A stretch of 63,451 bases of DNA, counting the filler, from Rhizaria sp. SCN 62-66 (Eukaryota): assembly GCA_001724265.1 (NCBI GenBank). It is 2 parts of 2 records of this genome, joined end to end, with 100 filler letters (N's around TTAATTAATTAA, not from the genome) between each part and the next. Parts side by side here need not be neighbours in the genome. Positions count along the whole stretch, not along the records: positions 31,789 to 63,451 come from MEDY01000354.1; 1 more part is not named here. The stretch is one strand, 5' to 3'. The notes beneath the pieces were generated by a model. That model had not been told where the DNA came from. It made no database searches and saw only the letters and a program-made list of their open reading frames with translations. The translations under genes and the position numbers were made by a program. Below, piece after piece: positions 47,290 through 60,700 of this stretch. Every line of letters begins with the position of its first letter. The stretch's first letter is position 1.

Positions 47290-49168
47290 TCAGTTGTCGC
47301 CCTCCATCGCAGCGCCGCCCTCGTGCTTGACGCCGGCGTGCTCGTCCGCCGCTGCCTCATACCCGCCCTGCTCGGCTGACGCCGCGATCGCAGCCTGGGC
47401 CGCGGCCGCCGCAGCCGCAGCCGCCTCGGCCTCGGCAGCGGCCTCAGCGGCCTCGGCCTCGCGCTTATGCTGGTCGCGCACGAACATGGCGCTCAGCCCG
47501 CTGCCCGCAGACTCGACGTCGACGAACACGCCGCGCGCCGCGCCGCTGCCGCCCGCACCGCCGCTGCCGTTGAGGCTCGCCAGCAAGTTGAGCCGCGGGC
47601 GTTCCTGGAGCTTGGACGTGGTGGTATTGCGCAGGCGCTGCTCGCGGAGCCCGACCGAGAGCGGGTTCTCGCGCTGGCGGCCCGCGCGCACGCGGTGGTC
47701 CACCGTCATGCGCAGCGACTGATCCTGGCGCACCTCGGGCCGGTCCGCGCCGTTGCCGCCGCCGCGGACGGGCCCCCAGGTGGGGAGGCTGCTGCCCTCG
47801 GCTGCCTTGCGCACCACGGTCACGCGCTGCGAGCCGCCGAGCGAGCCCGGCACGTCGGTGGGCACGGTAGAGAGCACGCCCGCGGCCGAGGCCAGGAAGC
47901 CGCGGCCCTTGCGCTCGCGGCCGGCCTCGTCCGCACCCAACGCCGCCATCGCCGCGGCCACCTCGGCCGGGTCCGCCGCCACGGCCGCCGTGTCCTTGCG
48001 CGGCGCCGGCACCGACTGGCGGACCGTGGCCGCGCCGGTGCGCGCGAAGCGGGCAGCGCGAGACTCGGCCGTGCCGTGCTGCGAGACAGCGTTGCGCTCG
48101 CGGATGAGGCGCGCGTGGTACGCGCGGTTGCGCAGGTAGAAGGCCGACGGCGCGCGGGGGCGGTTGCGGTCTGCGTTCTTGACGTCGAGGACCGTGGCGA
48201 CGCGCATGGCAAGCGACGAGTGCGAAGCGTGGTCGAGCGCGGTGCGCCACACGACGCACGCGAGGTCTTCCTGTGCGAATGCGACGGGGACTGAGTTGTT
48301 GACGATGTACGACATGGCCGCGGCAACGTCGCGGTCGCGCGCGCGGGATCGCAGCATGAGCGCGCGTTTGGCGCCGAAAACGTCGGAGAAGACGACGTTG
48401 CAGCGGGAGTCGGTAATCCATTCGACGTGGGTGGCGCCGTATTCCTTGAAGAGCGTGAGCACGTGCTGCGTGTTCATGTTCTCAGCGAGCATCTTGGAGC
48501 CGAAGAGGTGCACCGTGTCCCACCGGTGGTCCGCCTGCGGGTCAAACGCGTTCGTCTCGGCCTCGACCTCTTCGGAGTCCATCAGCGCGAGCGACTCGGG
48601 GTCGAAGATAGCGGGGAAGTCGTTCTCGCCGGAGTGCATGGCATCCGACGCCTCGCTTGCGGCCGCGGCGGCCGAGGCGGCGTCCATGGCCGAGTCGGCG
48701 ATCTCGGAGTAGTGCTGCGCGTACTCCTCGGCCGACATGCCGTGGATCTCGGCCACGGGGTCGATAACGGTGGTGCCGAAGCGCAGGGCGCGCTCCTTGC
48801 GGCGGCGCTGCTCCTCGGGGTCGTAGATGTTCACGCCAGTCACGAAAGGCTGGCTCACGCGCTCATCTGAGCACACAAGGAATTGAAGGAAGCAAAAATT
48901 GCGGGAATTATATAAATAAATAGTGGTGCATATTTTGGTGAAGTCATGAGGCGATTGAAGTTGATGGAGATGTGTGGGTGAGCCTATTAAGAGAGATGTT
49001 GTTGGGTCCGGAGAGAAGTGTGGATTGCGAGGACGTACCGACGCAGAAAGCAGGAACGATATTGACGAGATCAACGGAGCCGTCCTGGTTGTAGTATACA
49101 CTCTTAGGTGTCTCTTGCGCAGCAGCAGCAGCCGCCGCGGGGTCATGAGGAGCCGAGGGATCCGACAT
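47290..49168 (-). CDS. NCBP3: Nuclear cap-binding protein subunit 3 (NCBP3/DUF2414-like); exons 49168-49039, 48866-47290 (~568 aa)
   Basis: FVTGVNIYDPEEQRRRKERALRFG and RWDTVHLFG...NMNTQHVLTLFKEYGATHVEWITDSRCNVVFSD...AKRAL match the NCBP3 RRM-like signature (EWxxDxxCNVV). The intron is phase-1 GTACGT...TCAG. Stop is TGA. Confidence 0.85.
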
Positions 49169-50399
49169 AAGGAGAGTGAGAGTTACCTTGCCTTCGCACC
49201 GAAGATGGGACTGAAAGAAAAGGGTCTATAGGGCGCAACAAACAGATCCAATAAGAAGTTTTAAAATATATCTCGTTTTCAGACGATTAGATTATATAAA
49301 AGAGGTCAAGCATACTGTTTATCGGAAATAGACCCACGAAAAGCCATGAGCACAAACATGATCTTCCGATAGGGGAGCTCCATACAATAGTTTTCTCTCA
49401 CTCCTCATCGTTAAGTGCCAGCATGAGACATTAGTGGGAATTCAAGACTCTGTATAAGAACCACAATGTGCGATCAAACGCTCAAAGTCAAAAGTAAACC
49501 TGCAATCGTGTTGATGGCACTGGTGAGATGTGAGTTCGTCGCATGTCTGGTCAATTTGTGACTGCTTACAAATTGTTAGAGCAAGAAGCAGCCGGAGGCG
49601 CTCGATCAGCAACAGCGCGCCAAAACATATGGCAGCGTATCAGGCGTTCGAATCAGCTGATCAAGAGAATAGCAGCAGGCTGCTGGTAAAACGCATGGCA
49701 CTGTAGTGTTCAACTTGTAAAAAATGGTGCGGTCAAGATACTAATGACTGACTATGTAGCAAAACAATATGAAGGAGCTATCTAGGTAAAACAAGCGCGT
49801 TCGTTGTTAACAATGGTCGTTGTGCAAAGAGGGTAAACAATTGGAATCAAGGTTTAAAGAGTGAGAGAGTGTAAATGTAAGTAAAAGGGTTAGCAAAATA
49901 GTGATGAGCGACACAAAAGTGACGGTAAACAGCTGTCTAAAGCGCTGGACAGAATGAGCCTCTTATAGAGCACATGAGTGCGTGCGAATTAGGAGAGTGA
50001 CATATGCGATTGGAGATCGCATAAATTGCAAACTTGTTGCGTCAGTCGTTGTCCTCTCCAAACTATTGTGCAACGACTGACTACGATTATTACGACGTGT
50101 AACTGTTGGTTTGGAGAAACGAAACAGGGTAGAAAGTTGATGGCAACAAACCGCAAATACAAAGCTAAACATAATACACGGCATAACAAGTGTTGCAAGT
50201 TGAATCAGAGATAATAAATAGAAAGGTAGAGAGAGAGAGAAACATACCCGAATAATGTCCGTATACATTGAACAATCAATCAAGTCACAATCTTCAACAA
50301 CTTTCTACGTTGACTGAGAAAATTTTCTTTTAAAGAAAAACAGTTCTGAAAGTTGTTCTAAATTAAAAACTAACTCGGGCTGGCAGCAATGTGGCTGAA

Positions 50400-52341
50400 T
50401 TAATAGTTGTTGTTATTGTTGCTACGGTTATTGAACCCACGGCCGCCGCGGTGCGGGAACCTGCCGCGGCCGCCCTGGCCCTGGCCGTGGCCCTGGCCTT
50501 GGTGACCACGGTGGCCGCGCTGCTGCTGGTGGTAGCCGCCGCTGCCGCTGCTACTGTTGCCATACTGCTGCTGCTGATGCTGCTGCTGCATGTCGCCGTC
50601 TGCGCCCTCGTAGAAAGCGTTGCCGTTGCCGCTGCCGCTCTCGCGCCCGTCGTCCTCGTAGTCGCCGTCGCCGGCGGCATTGACGTTGTCGTCATCGTCG
50701 TTGCCGTGCCCGTGGGCAACCGCGCCCGTGTGCGTGTTGGCGCCCATCGCAGCGCGCTTGACCACAAACAAGGATCCGCGCCCGCCACTATGGGCGGCCT
50801 GGCCCTGGCTCTGGCCCTGGCTCAGGCCCTGGGCGACGCCGGCGTTGTACAGCTGGTAGTTGGGGTGACTGTGCGCACGCGACGGCGCGCCCTTGCTGCC
50901 GCTACTGCTGCCGCCACCGCTGCCACCGAACACGTTGTGAGCAGATCCGGCCGCGTTGTCATCGTCGTTGACGTTGTTGTTGTTGTCGTCGTTGTCGTTG
51001 TTAAAGCCGCCGTCGTTGTTGTAGTTGGAGCCCATGGAGGAGCGCTTGCGGCTGCCGCCGCTGCTGCTGCCGCCGAAGCCTGGCGAGCTGGGGCCCGAAA
51101 TAGGGTACCTGGAGTGGCTGAGAGACTGCATGCTCACGGTCTGAGAGGAGCCCCCGCCCATCTGAGCCTGCTGCTGCTGCTGCTGAGGTTGCGAGTGCGA
51201 GCGACCGAAGGCGCCACCCATCTGTCCCTGTCCCTGCTGCTGTTGCTGCTGCTGGGGCTGAGGCTGCTGGCGCGCGGGCAGCTGCATGAGCTGCTGAGGG
51301 TGAAGCTGCTGCTGCTGCTGCGGAAGCGCGACGCCCGCGGCAGCGGCCTGACTCTGGCTCAGCAGGCCGGACGCGGCGAGTACGGCCAGCGCGGCGGCGA
51401 TCGAGTTCGAGTCGATGCCGAGCGCAGCCACGGGCGCGGCGACGCCGCCACCGGCGGCGGCAGCGGGGAGCGCGCTCATGACGCCGGGAGCGACGGCGGC
51501 GTTCGTGTTGTTGCTAAAGCTGTTGGTGCGGGCGCCGCCGAACTGCTTCTGCTGCTGCTGGGCGATGTTTTGGTTGTAGCTCTGGTTGAAGCTCTGGTTG
51601 TACGCATTGTTCGCGGTCATGTTATTGTTATTGTTGTTGTTGTTGAACTGCGACTGCGGGCCATGAGACTGGAAACCTCCCTGCCTGAACTGCTGTTGCG
51701 GCTGCTGCTGCTGCTGCTGTTGCTGCTGGTTGTGACCGCGGAACTGGCCCTGACCCTGGCCCTGACCCTGGCCCTGACCCTGGCCATGGCCCTGGTGACC
51801 GTGACCGTGACCTTGGTGGCCCTGATGGCCCTGACCCTGGTGACCGTGCGAATGCCCGTGCGAGTGACCGTGAGCACCCCCGCCCGCGGCCATGGGTGCC
51901 TCGCCGAGGAACGTGCAGCCGGGCCCAGTCACCCCGACAGCGCGGTACGTCAGGCCGCCGCCCTGCTGCGCGGGCTTGGCCTCGACGGCAAACTCGACGG
52001 CCTGCCCGGGCACCAGCACGTTAAATCCGGCCGCCGTGATGGCCGTGCTGTGCACGAACAGGTCCGCGAACTCCTGGCCGCTGCCGCCGTCGCCGGACGT
52101 GGCGAGCCGCGGGAGCCCGAAGACGGCGGCGTCGTCGCCGTTGGGCGTGATAAAGCCGTACTGCTTCTGTGCCGCGTAGGACTTGACCACGCCCGAGAGC
52201 ACCATGGGCCGCACCAGGGCCGGGTTGCTCGCGCCGCAGGCCTGCGAGGCGCGGTCGAAGCCGCCGCCGCGGGTCATGGCGCGGCCAGAAAAAGACTGCG
52301 TGTGTGAGCTGTGGGACTGACGGCCGCCGAACGCGTTGCGC

Positions 52342-52372
<31 letters not shown>

Positions 52373-54047
52373 GGCCAAAGCCTGTGTTCATGTTGCCACC
52401 GCCGAAGCCACCGCGTTGTTGCTGTTGCTGCTGCTGGAAGCCACCCTGGCCACGGCCCATGCCCATATTGCCGCCCATGCTGTTGTTGTTGTTCTGGCCA
52501 ATGCTGCGGCCCACCCAGCGGGGGTCCTCGTCAATGCACGTGCGCGCCACGTACCCGTTGCCGTCGGCCGTCACCATCGAGCCGCCGGCCATGGTGACAC
52601 GCGCCGACAACAGCAGCGGCACGCGCGCACCGCCCTGGCCGTGCCCGTGCTGTCCCTGCTGCTGCTGGCCCTGGGCGCGAAGGCGCTCGAGCCCGGCGTT
52701 GTCGTGCTCGCCGGCGGCGACAGCGCGCACGAACTCGCTGAGCGCGGCCGCCGACACAAGGGCCTTGCCGCCGGCGCCGTTAGGGGGCGCGAGCTCGAAC
52801 TCGACGGCCGCGCCCTCGCGCACGCACGCGGCGTGCTGCGAGGCCGCCTGCGAGTAGATCTGCTCGCCCAGCAGCATGATGTGCTTGTGCGGCGGCAGCA
52901 GCGCCTCGTGCAACGCGCGCGCGAGCGTCTCGGCCGTCGCGGGCTCGCCAGAGGCCGCAAAGGCCGTGAACCCGGGCGTCGCGACCAGCACCGCGGCGCG
53001 CGCGTTGAGCGCCCCCGCCGCCACACTATGGCGCACCGAGACCACGTCGCTGGGGTCGGCGGCGATGGCGCCGCGGCGGCGCACAGGGTCCCAGTGCGAG
53101 ACCCAGCCGATGCGCAGCGCGGGGTTGCGCGCCAGGCGCTGCAGCGCGTGCGTGAACATGTGCGAGGGGTGCGGCTTCACCTGCAGACGCAGCTCGATCA
53201 GACGCGCGCAGAACGTGGGGGGCTCGTTGCCGTCCGACGCCTTCGTAGACTGCTGCTGCCCGTCGGCGTTGCCTTGCGACTGGGCCTGCGAGAGGCAGGG
53301 GATGAACGAGACGCGGAGCCCGACGAGGGTCGACGGGTCGACGAACCGACGCTCGCCGGCGGCACCGCCGCGGGCCAGCGCCACGTCGCGCGCAGTAAAG
53401 TAGATGTCCTGACCGGCGAGGCTGGGCGCGGCGGGCAGCTCGGTGCCCGCGGCGGCCGCGGCCTCAGCGGCGGCGGTGCCGGCGGCCGTGTGGGCCGAGA
53501 ACGCGCGGTCGTGCTCCTCTTGCTCCGCGGACACCGTAATAAAGCCAAAACCGCCGACGGGGGCGTTGCTGGGCGCGCCGGGGCGCGGCGCGGCGGCGCG
53601 GAAGAAGCGCACGATGCCCTGCTGGCGGCGGCCGTAGAAAGGCGCGGCGTGCAGGTCGGGGCGCGGGCCCGCGGCGGCGACCGAGCCGCGGCGCGAGAGT
53701 CCGCCCGCGGCCGCCGCGGCGCCGCCGTCCGCGGCCGCGGCGTCGTCGAGGTCCTGGTCCGGGTCGCCGCCGTCCATCGCGGCGTGAGCGCCGTCGTCTG
53801 CGGTGGCGCCTGCGCTTCCCGCGGCGGCCGCGTCGTTGTCGAGCATGGCAGCCGCGCCGTCGCCGAGGTCCTCGTAGGTGCTGTCGTATGTTGTGTAGTC
53901 TTCTTCGTACGTCGCATCACCGGGGATCGCCTGGGCGGGCGCTGCAGAGGCGTCGTGAGTGCTGTCGGTGCCGTCGTAGGCGCCGGAGTCGTAGGCAGCG
54001 GCGGCCGCGGCGGCGGCGGCGGCGGCGGATTGGTCAGCGCTACTCAT
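50400..54047 (-). CDS. Multi-cold-shock-domain RNA-binding protein with Q/N/G/H-rich prion-like and RGG tail (1215 aa)
   Basis: One canonical CSD (SGVVKSYAAQKQYGFITP...DLFVHSTAI...LVPGQAVEFAV...AVGVTGPG, ~52200-51920). Two divergent CSD-like units: GIVRFF...GFGFITV...DIYFTARDV...RVSF and IGWVSHWDPVRRRGAI...VREGAAVEFEL. Stop is TAA. Confidence 0.85.
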
Positions 54048-54713
54048 GGCTTCGAGAGTCGAGAGTGGCTTAAACGCAGTACTTCACTCAAATAGAATGC
54101 GTTGGAGTGGAAAAGGAACGAAAAGACAGAAACGAGAACGGTCTACAGAGAGAAACAGGAAAGATAGATAGATCGATGGATGTCTTGAGCAAGTGCACAT
54201 GAAACGGCAGATATCGAGAGCTCAGCAGTCAGATTCAAAATCCCAAAACGCAAAATAGCGAGTTAAGACTTGGAGATACGTAATAATAGAACCTTGTGGC
54301 ATTCGACGAAGAGATTCGCGTGATTTAGAGGTTTTTCATCGCTCAACACAGGACCAAGCAATGCCTTTGCCAAGCGACCGTGATCACTTTTTGAACTCGA
54401 CTGGTGCCCACGGTCGCAAATCGCACCTCCGTGACGGGAGTTAGGCGAAGAGGGAGCTGTTTGGAAATGCTTTGTGTACATCACGCCACGTTCGTCATTC
54501 CCTGTAGGGCCAAAACATGATGGCTCACACACAAATTGATTGCCGCCTCTTATTTATTTCTAGTTATTCCGCTTGTACTCGACTCTGTTGAGGCTCCTCG
54601 TGATCGCCTGGCCCTGAGCCCACACCACTTCTTCGCCCAGGCCCGCCTTTGAGCCGCGGCCTTGTCTTCCCACCTTTTCCCGGCCGGCCCGCCGTCTTGG
54701 TTCATCCTTATTT

Positions 54714-57700
54714 ATGTCAGTTAAGCGCTCCTCCTCTGGTGTCGGTGCCTCTGGGGCTTCCCGCGCCAGCGCGGCATCCTCCCGTCACTCAACGGGCCCA
54801 GTTTTCACCCTCGCTAAATCCACTAGCGGCAGCGCTGTGGGCGCGCCTGCGGCCGGAGCTGCCACTACTGGCGACGCGTCAGCCGCTGCTGGCGATGGCG
54901 CCACGGGCGAACCCGAGATTGTTATCGGCTCAGGTGGCAATTTCACATTCACAACGGCGCACTTGGTGTCATTCGTCATCTTCTCGACCGCTGGCGGGCC
55001 TTTCGGCCTCGACCCGGCCGTTAAGGCCGGCGGCCCTCTGCCCACGCTCATCGCCTTCCTCGTGCTGCCGCTCATTTGGTGCCTGCCCATCGCGCTAACC
55101 ACGGCCGAGCTCGCGACGGCGATCCCCGAGAACGGCGGCGTCGTCGTCTACGCACTCAAGATCTTCGGACCCTTCTGGGCCGCGCAGGCAGGCTGGTGGA
55201 CGCTCGCGTGCAACGTGTTCAACCAGGTCTCATTCGTGCTCATTGCGCTTGATACGCTCGCGCGCCTTGTCGATTATCCCGAGTATCTGCGCTACGTCAT
55301 TTCGGCCGTAATCGTGTTGTTCATCGGAGCCATCAACGCGACGGGCAAAGACGTAGTCGGCTCGCTCGGCCTCTTCCTGCTGGCCTTCATTCTCGCCCCC
55401 TTCCTCGTCTTTTCGCTCGCCGGCATTCACACCGGTGACTGGGCACGCCTCGGTGAGGCCTCCGCCGCGTTCAGTTCGTCGTCCGCCAGCCAGGTTTCCT
55501 CTGCGTTTGCCTCGGTTCTCGCCAATGCGCTGTGGAACTACCAGGGCTTCTCCGTCGCAGGACAAGTACGTCAACAGTATTTCAAGTTGAATCGCGAATG
55601 TTCAAGTTTATTGATATGCTCCTTCTCTTTTTTCCCACGTGAAACTAATCTCTATGTTGATATCCCAATATTGTTCTGTTTACTACAATAGGCTGTCGGC
55701 TTCGTGCAGGACGTGAACCGCACGTTCCCGCGCGCCATGATCATCTCCTGCTTCGCCGTCGCAGCCATCTACCTGATCCCGCTTTGTGTGGCCATGGTCA
55801 ACACGCCGGGCAACTGGGACGACTGGGTCGACGGCTACATTGCCGAAGTCGCGGGCTACATCCTCGGCAATGGCGTCAAGACGTGGACCGTCATAGCCAT
55901 CATCGCCGGCCAGTTCGGCCTCCTCATCAACGGCGCCGCCGCCACAACCATGGTCATCGAGGGCATGGTCAAGTACGGCATTCTCCCGCACAAGATGTTC
56001 CCCTTCCCCACCGACGCGACGTACCTCCGCGCGCTCGCCGCCGGCGCCACGGCCCGCGCGGCCCTGGCCGCGGCTGCGGCGGCCGCGGCGGCCGCGGCGG
56101 AGGGCAAGGCGCTCCCCACGACCGAGGCGGAGCTGCTCAAGTTCGACCCCGAGATCGCGGCCGCGGCGGCGGGCCGCAGTGTGGCCGTGAACACCAGCCT
56201 AACGGTCGCCGGCGACGGCGCCGGCGGCGCGGGCGGCGTGGGGACGAGTCTGGTCGGCGTGTCGCTGACGTCGCAGATGGATGGGCACGCCGGGCTCGGC
56301 GACGGCGCGCGCGGCCACGGCATCATAAGCATCGGGGACACGGCGGCGTTCGTGGAGAACAGCACGGTCCGCATGATGCTCAACGAGTACGGCTACGAGT
56401 CTGTCCACAGCCGCCAGCAAGGCGGCGACGGCGGCGACGGCGACGGGGCTGGGGGCAAGATGGGTGCGGTCAGTGTCGGTGGCACCTACACCGATCATAT
56501 CGACGGTAGTCCCGGCCGCCACCGCACCGATGTTGACGGCAGCGTCAACTCGGACTTCCACAACGACCACTCATACTCGGTCGGCGGGACCTACACTAAC
56601 GGCGCGGCGTTCGGCTACGAGAACGACGACGACTGGCAGGTCAGCGCCCGCGCCGCCGCACCGTCGATCTTCATGACTGCGGAGCAAAACAACGCGCACG
56701 TCGACGCGGGCGCGGGCGCGGACGCCGCCGCTAGCACCAGCACCAACGTCAACGGCCACAACGACGACGACGATGACGACATGGACGGTGTTGCAACTAA
56801 CGCTAATGTGTCGCGCGTCTTTAGCCGCGCGTTTGGTTGCTTAGACGTTGTCAGTACCCCCACGGCTCTCGACCCTGAGGTGGACGCGGTTGAAGAGGCC
56901 GCCGCGGAGGCCGCAGCTGCCGCCGCTGCAGCTGCTGAGGCCAAGGGGACTGACGCCGACCGCAATGGCAAGAATGCTGACGAGGATAATGGTGGTGCCA
57001 GTGCGAGTCCCAGCGACACTAAGCTTCCGCTGTCGCCCTCCGTTGCTAGCGTCGACACGAACGACGTCAATAACGGCAAGATCAATGCTGACGACGCGAA
57101 CCTGCAAAGCAACCGCGTCGGTGGTGACAGCGCCTCCCCTGCCGACGGTTCGGGCCACGAGCTCGACTCGTACGGCTACTACCTGAACCAAGCCGCCCTG
57201 AACGGCAGTGCGATGATGCAGCACACGCCCGACAGCAAGGCGCCCAGTGCTGGCGCGTTCGAGTCTGCCGGCGCGAACCTGACCGAGAACGACGACGCCG
57301 GCGACGACATCGTGGCCAGCGACGCCGTTTGGCGCGTGGGCAACGAGATCGCCGGCGAGCTGCAGGGCGATGCCACCCAGGGCGATAATGGGGGAGAGGA
57401 AGAGGCCGTGGTGCCCCTTACACTGCAGGTTCCGCTCACAATGGGCACCCCACTGGCCGGGCCCGGTGCTGGCGGCGCCACAAAGCTCACGCAGAACAAC
57501 AGCGACCATGTCGACGGCACGAGTGGCGCCGCTGCGCGTGAAGACGTCGCGGCGCAGCCTGATGAGGCGACGACGCTTCAGCGGGCCAGCTCGCGCCGCA
57601 ACAGCAACCCCAACGCCGACAACGCCAACGCCAACGCCGGCGCCAATGCGAACGCCCACGGCAAGGGCGGCAAGAAGCATCACAAGCAGCACCACAAGCA

Positions 57701-60700
57701 CGGCAACAACAAACCCCTGCCTCCGCCCGCGACTCCCCCCGCGCCCGCGGACCCCGCGGCTGCCGCGGCTGTGGGCACAAGCACCGCGATGACGGCCGTG
57801 ACGACTGCGCGGGGCGACACGGCGATCAACATCGATCCGCCGCTGGTGCTGACTGACGACCACGAGGCCGCCGTGGTGGCCGCCTCGCTGCCGCCGCGGC
57901 CGGACCGCTCCCGTGGCACGCGGGCGTCGGCCTGGGCGCTATGCTTCGTCACGCTGCCTCTCGCGATCCTCTTCTCCAGCCCCATCATGAGCAACGCCTT
58001 CGCCGTCGTCGTCGAGATTGCGGCCATCGTCGGCGCTTTTGCCGTCACACTCCAGCTCTGGGCCACCGTCAAGCACCGCATCGTCGGTCGCCGCGCGCGC
58101 GCCGTGCGCAAGGCACGCGTCCGCGCCCGCGCGCGCGCCGCGGCCCGCAACGCCGGCCGCGCCGCCGCCGCCGTGGCCGCTCTGCGCGCCGCCGCCGCCA
58201 GCGCGGGGTGGACGATGACGGTGGCGACCGCGCGCGAGGCCGCCCGCGCGCAGCACCTGCGCAGCAAAGAGCTGGGCCAGGAGGTCGACGCACGCGTGGC
58301 CGTCGCGGCGGCCCGCAAGTACGTGCTGCAGCACGCGAACGTGATCAACGCGGGCAGAGCGAAAACTGCAAGTGCGGCGAGCGAGCAACAGTTGCAGAAG
58401 CAGTTCGTGTCGAGCGCTAACGTCGCTGCCGCCGTCTCCGCCTCGAGTTCGAGCACTGCTGGCGTGGCGCGTCGGCTAAGCCACGAGTCCGCCGCCGCGG
58501 CTGCCGCTGCTGCTGGCGGTGGTGCGACTGCAGCTGCGCAGCCGGCGAGCGTGGTGACGCTCCCTACCGCGGACGGCGGCGTCAAGGTCGTCTCTAGTCG
58601 ACGCAACAGCACCGAGAGCGCGCAGCCGGGCCGCCTCGTCAGCGGCAGCCACGGCGTCTCCAACGTTGTCGGCCCGCACAGCCGCCGCAACAGCATGGAA
58701 GCCGCGGGCCTCGCGCCGGCGGCGCCGCCCACGCTCGCGATCATCCCGCCGCAGCACCAGCAGAACAGCGCGCTCGGGAACGCCGTAGTCGCGCACGCCA
58801 CCGGTGCGCACGGCGGCGTCAGCACCACACTGCCCGCGCCCGCGCCGTTGACGGCCGGCACTGGCACCAACATGAGCTCGAGCCTCAGCTCCACCACTGG
58901 TGCTGGCGCTGGCACTGGTGGCGCGACTGCGGGTGCCGCTGGCGGCGTCGCGCCCGCGATGGCTGCTCACGGTCACTCTGGCTCGAGCAGTCTCAACGTC
59001 GACAGCCGCGCTGCGATCGCCGCCGGCACCGACCCGGCCCACCGCCCGCGCGCGAGCACCTACGCCGGCGTCGGCGAGCTGCCCGTGCTGCACCCCTCCG
59101 CTGCCCAGGCCTCCGCCGCCGCGGCCGCTGGCGCCGCGGCCATTGCCGCTGCCCCGGCCGCGGCCGCCGCGCACTCGGTCTCGGCGACGACCCAGAGTCG
59201 CGCTGTAGCCCCCGTCGTCACCGGCGCCGGCACCGGCACCGCTGGCCCCGGTCAGACCCAGGCTGTGGTAGTGGGCCACGGGCACTCGCACTCGGTCACG
59301 CTGCCGCCGCCCCCGCCGACGACGGTGGTGCGCATCAACCCCGTCGCGGGCGCGCTGCGCGGCGTGGGCGTGTTCGCCCGCCAGCAGCAGCTGCTGTACC
59401 CGACGGCGCGGCCCGTGGATGAGGACGAGGAAGATGACGAAGACGACGAGGACGACGATGAGGACGAGGACGAAGACGAGGATGACTACGACGAGGACGA
59501 GGAGGGCGAGGACGAGGAAGACGAAGAGGTCGGTATCACCTCCGTCGCCCAGGGCCCCGCTGGCGCCACGGCCGGCACCTCTGCCGGCTCCGTTGTGGCA
59601 GTCGGCGGCGGCACCACGCGCCGCCCGATGCCGACCTCGCTGTCGACGGTGACCGAGAACGGTTCGCTCGCCGACAGCGCGTCCCCGACCAGTCTTGGTG
59701 CGAGTCTCATTGCCGGCATCGACGCCGGGTCGAGCGACGTCACCGGCGCAGGCCCCGGTGTTGCCAAGACCGACCCCAGCGCTGAGGCCGCTGCCGCTGG
59801 TGCGGAGGGCGAGGGGCCGTCGGTGCACTCGCTCACTCTCATCACGGCCGACAACACTGCGACCAACAGCAACAGCGGCAACGCCGCCGTGCCCTACGCG
59901 GCTAACAGCGCGGACGCCGCCGCAAACCCTAACACGAGCACTGCCGCTGGTGTCACTGCAGGTGCTGCTGCCGCTGCTGCAGGCACTGGCGCTGCTGCTG
60001 TTGGCGCTGGCGCCGCCCGTGCTCGCTCGCCTCGTGGCGGCAGCGTTGGCGCAGGCTCGCCCCTAAGCCACTCGATCGCGCACAGCCACAGCTACGGGTT
60101 CGACTACGACGGCTACGACTACTACAGCCACGGAGGCGCGACCCCCGCTGCGACGGCCGTGATCGACACGATCATGCGCAGCGGCAGCAACGTCAACAGC
60201 ACCACTGGCGCGGGCAACGTGATCAAGATCACGCCTGCGAACAATAACTACAACTACAGCGAGGGCGATATGTCGCCGGCCCGCCCGGTGCAGACCTCGT
60301 CCGCCGCAGTCGCATCCGCGCTCGCCGCTGTCTCCAACAACAACAACAACGCCGGCACTGATGGCGGCGCTGCTGCCGGCAAGCACCTGCTGCTGCACCC
60401 CGCACCGCAGTCGCAGCAATCTCTGCAGTCCCAACTGCCGCCGCGCCCGCCGTCGTCGCGCACCGGCGCCGCGCCCGTGCGGCCCATCATCACGCCCACG
60501 GTCACCACGCCCCACGGCGTGGCCGCGGCGCACCACCACGGCCCGCACCCGGCGCCGCACGGCGCCGTGGCCACGCATCCGCACGCCAACAGCGTTAGCG
60601 CGGCGCCGGGCGTGTCCGCGGCAGCCGGGGCAAACACTGCGCGCGCGGAGAACCGTCTGCACCCGAGCGCGAGCGTCGGCGTGATGATGAACGCGATGCA

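Noticed and set aside
49600-49680. GTTCGAATC B-box-like motif (49646-49654) as a tRNA or suppressor tRNA
   Set aside because: No T-stem pairing, acceptor stem or cloverleaf could be built. I could not identify any tRNA or rRNA gene in the window.
50391-54095. Long plus-strand ORFs 50391..52307 and 52311..54095 (and similar ones such as 7129..8613, 14054..15415, 23296..24468)
   Set aside because: Antisense shadows of GC-rich low-complexity genes. Their translations are complementary homopolymers (poly-L/V/S/A) with no motifs.
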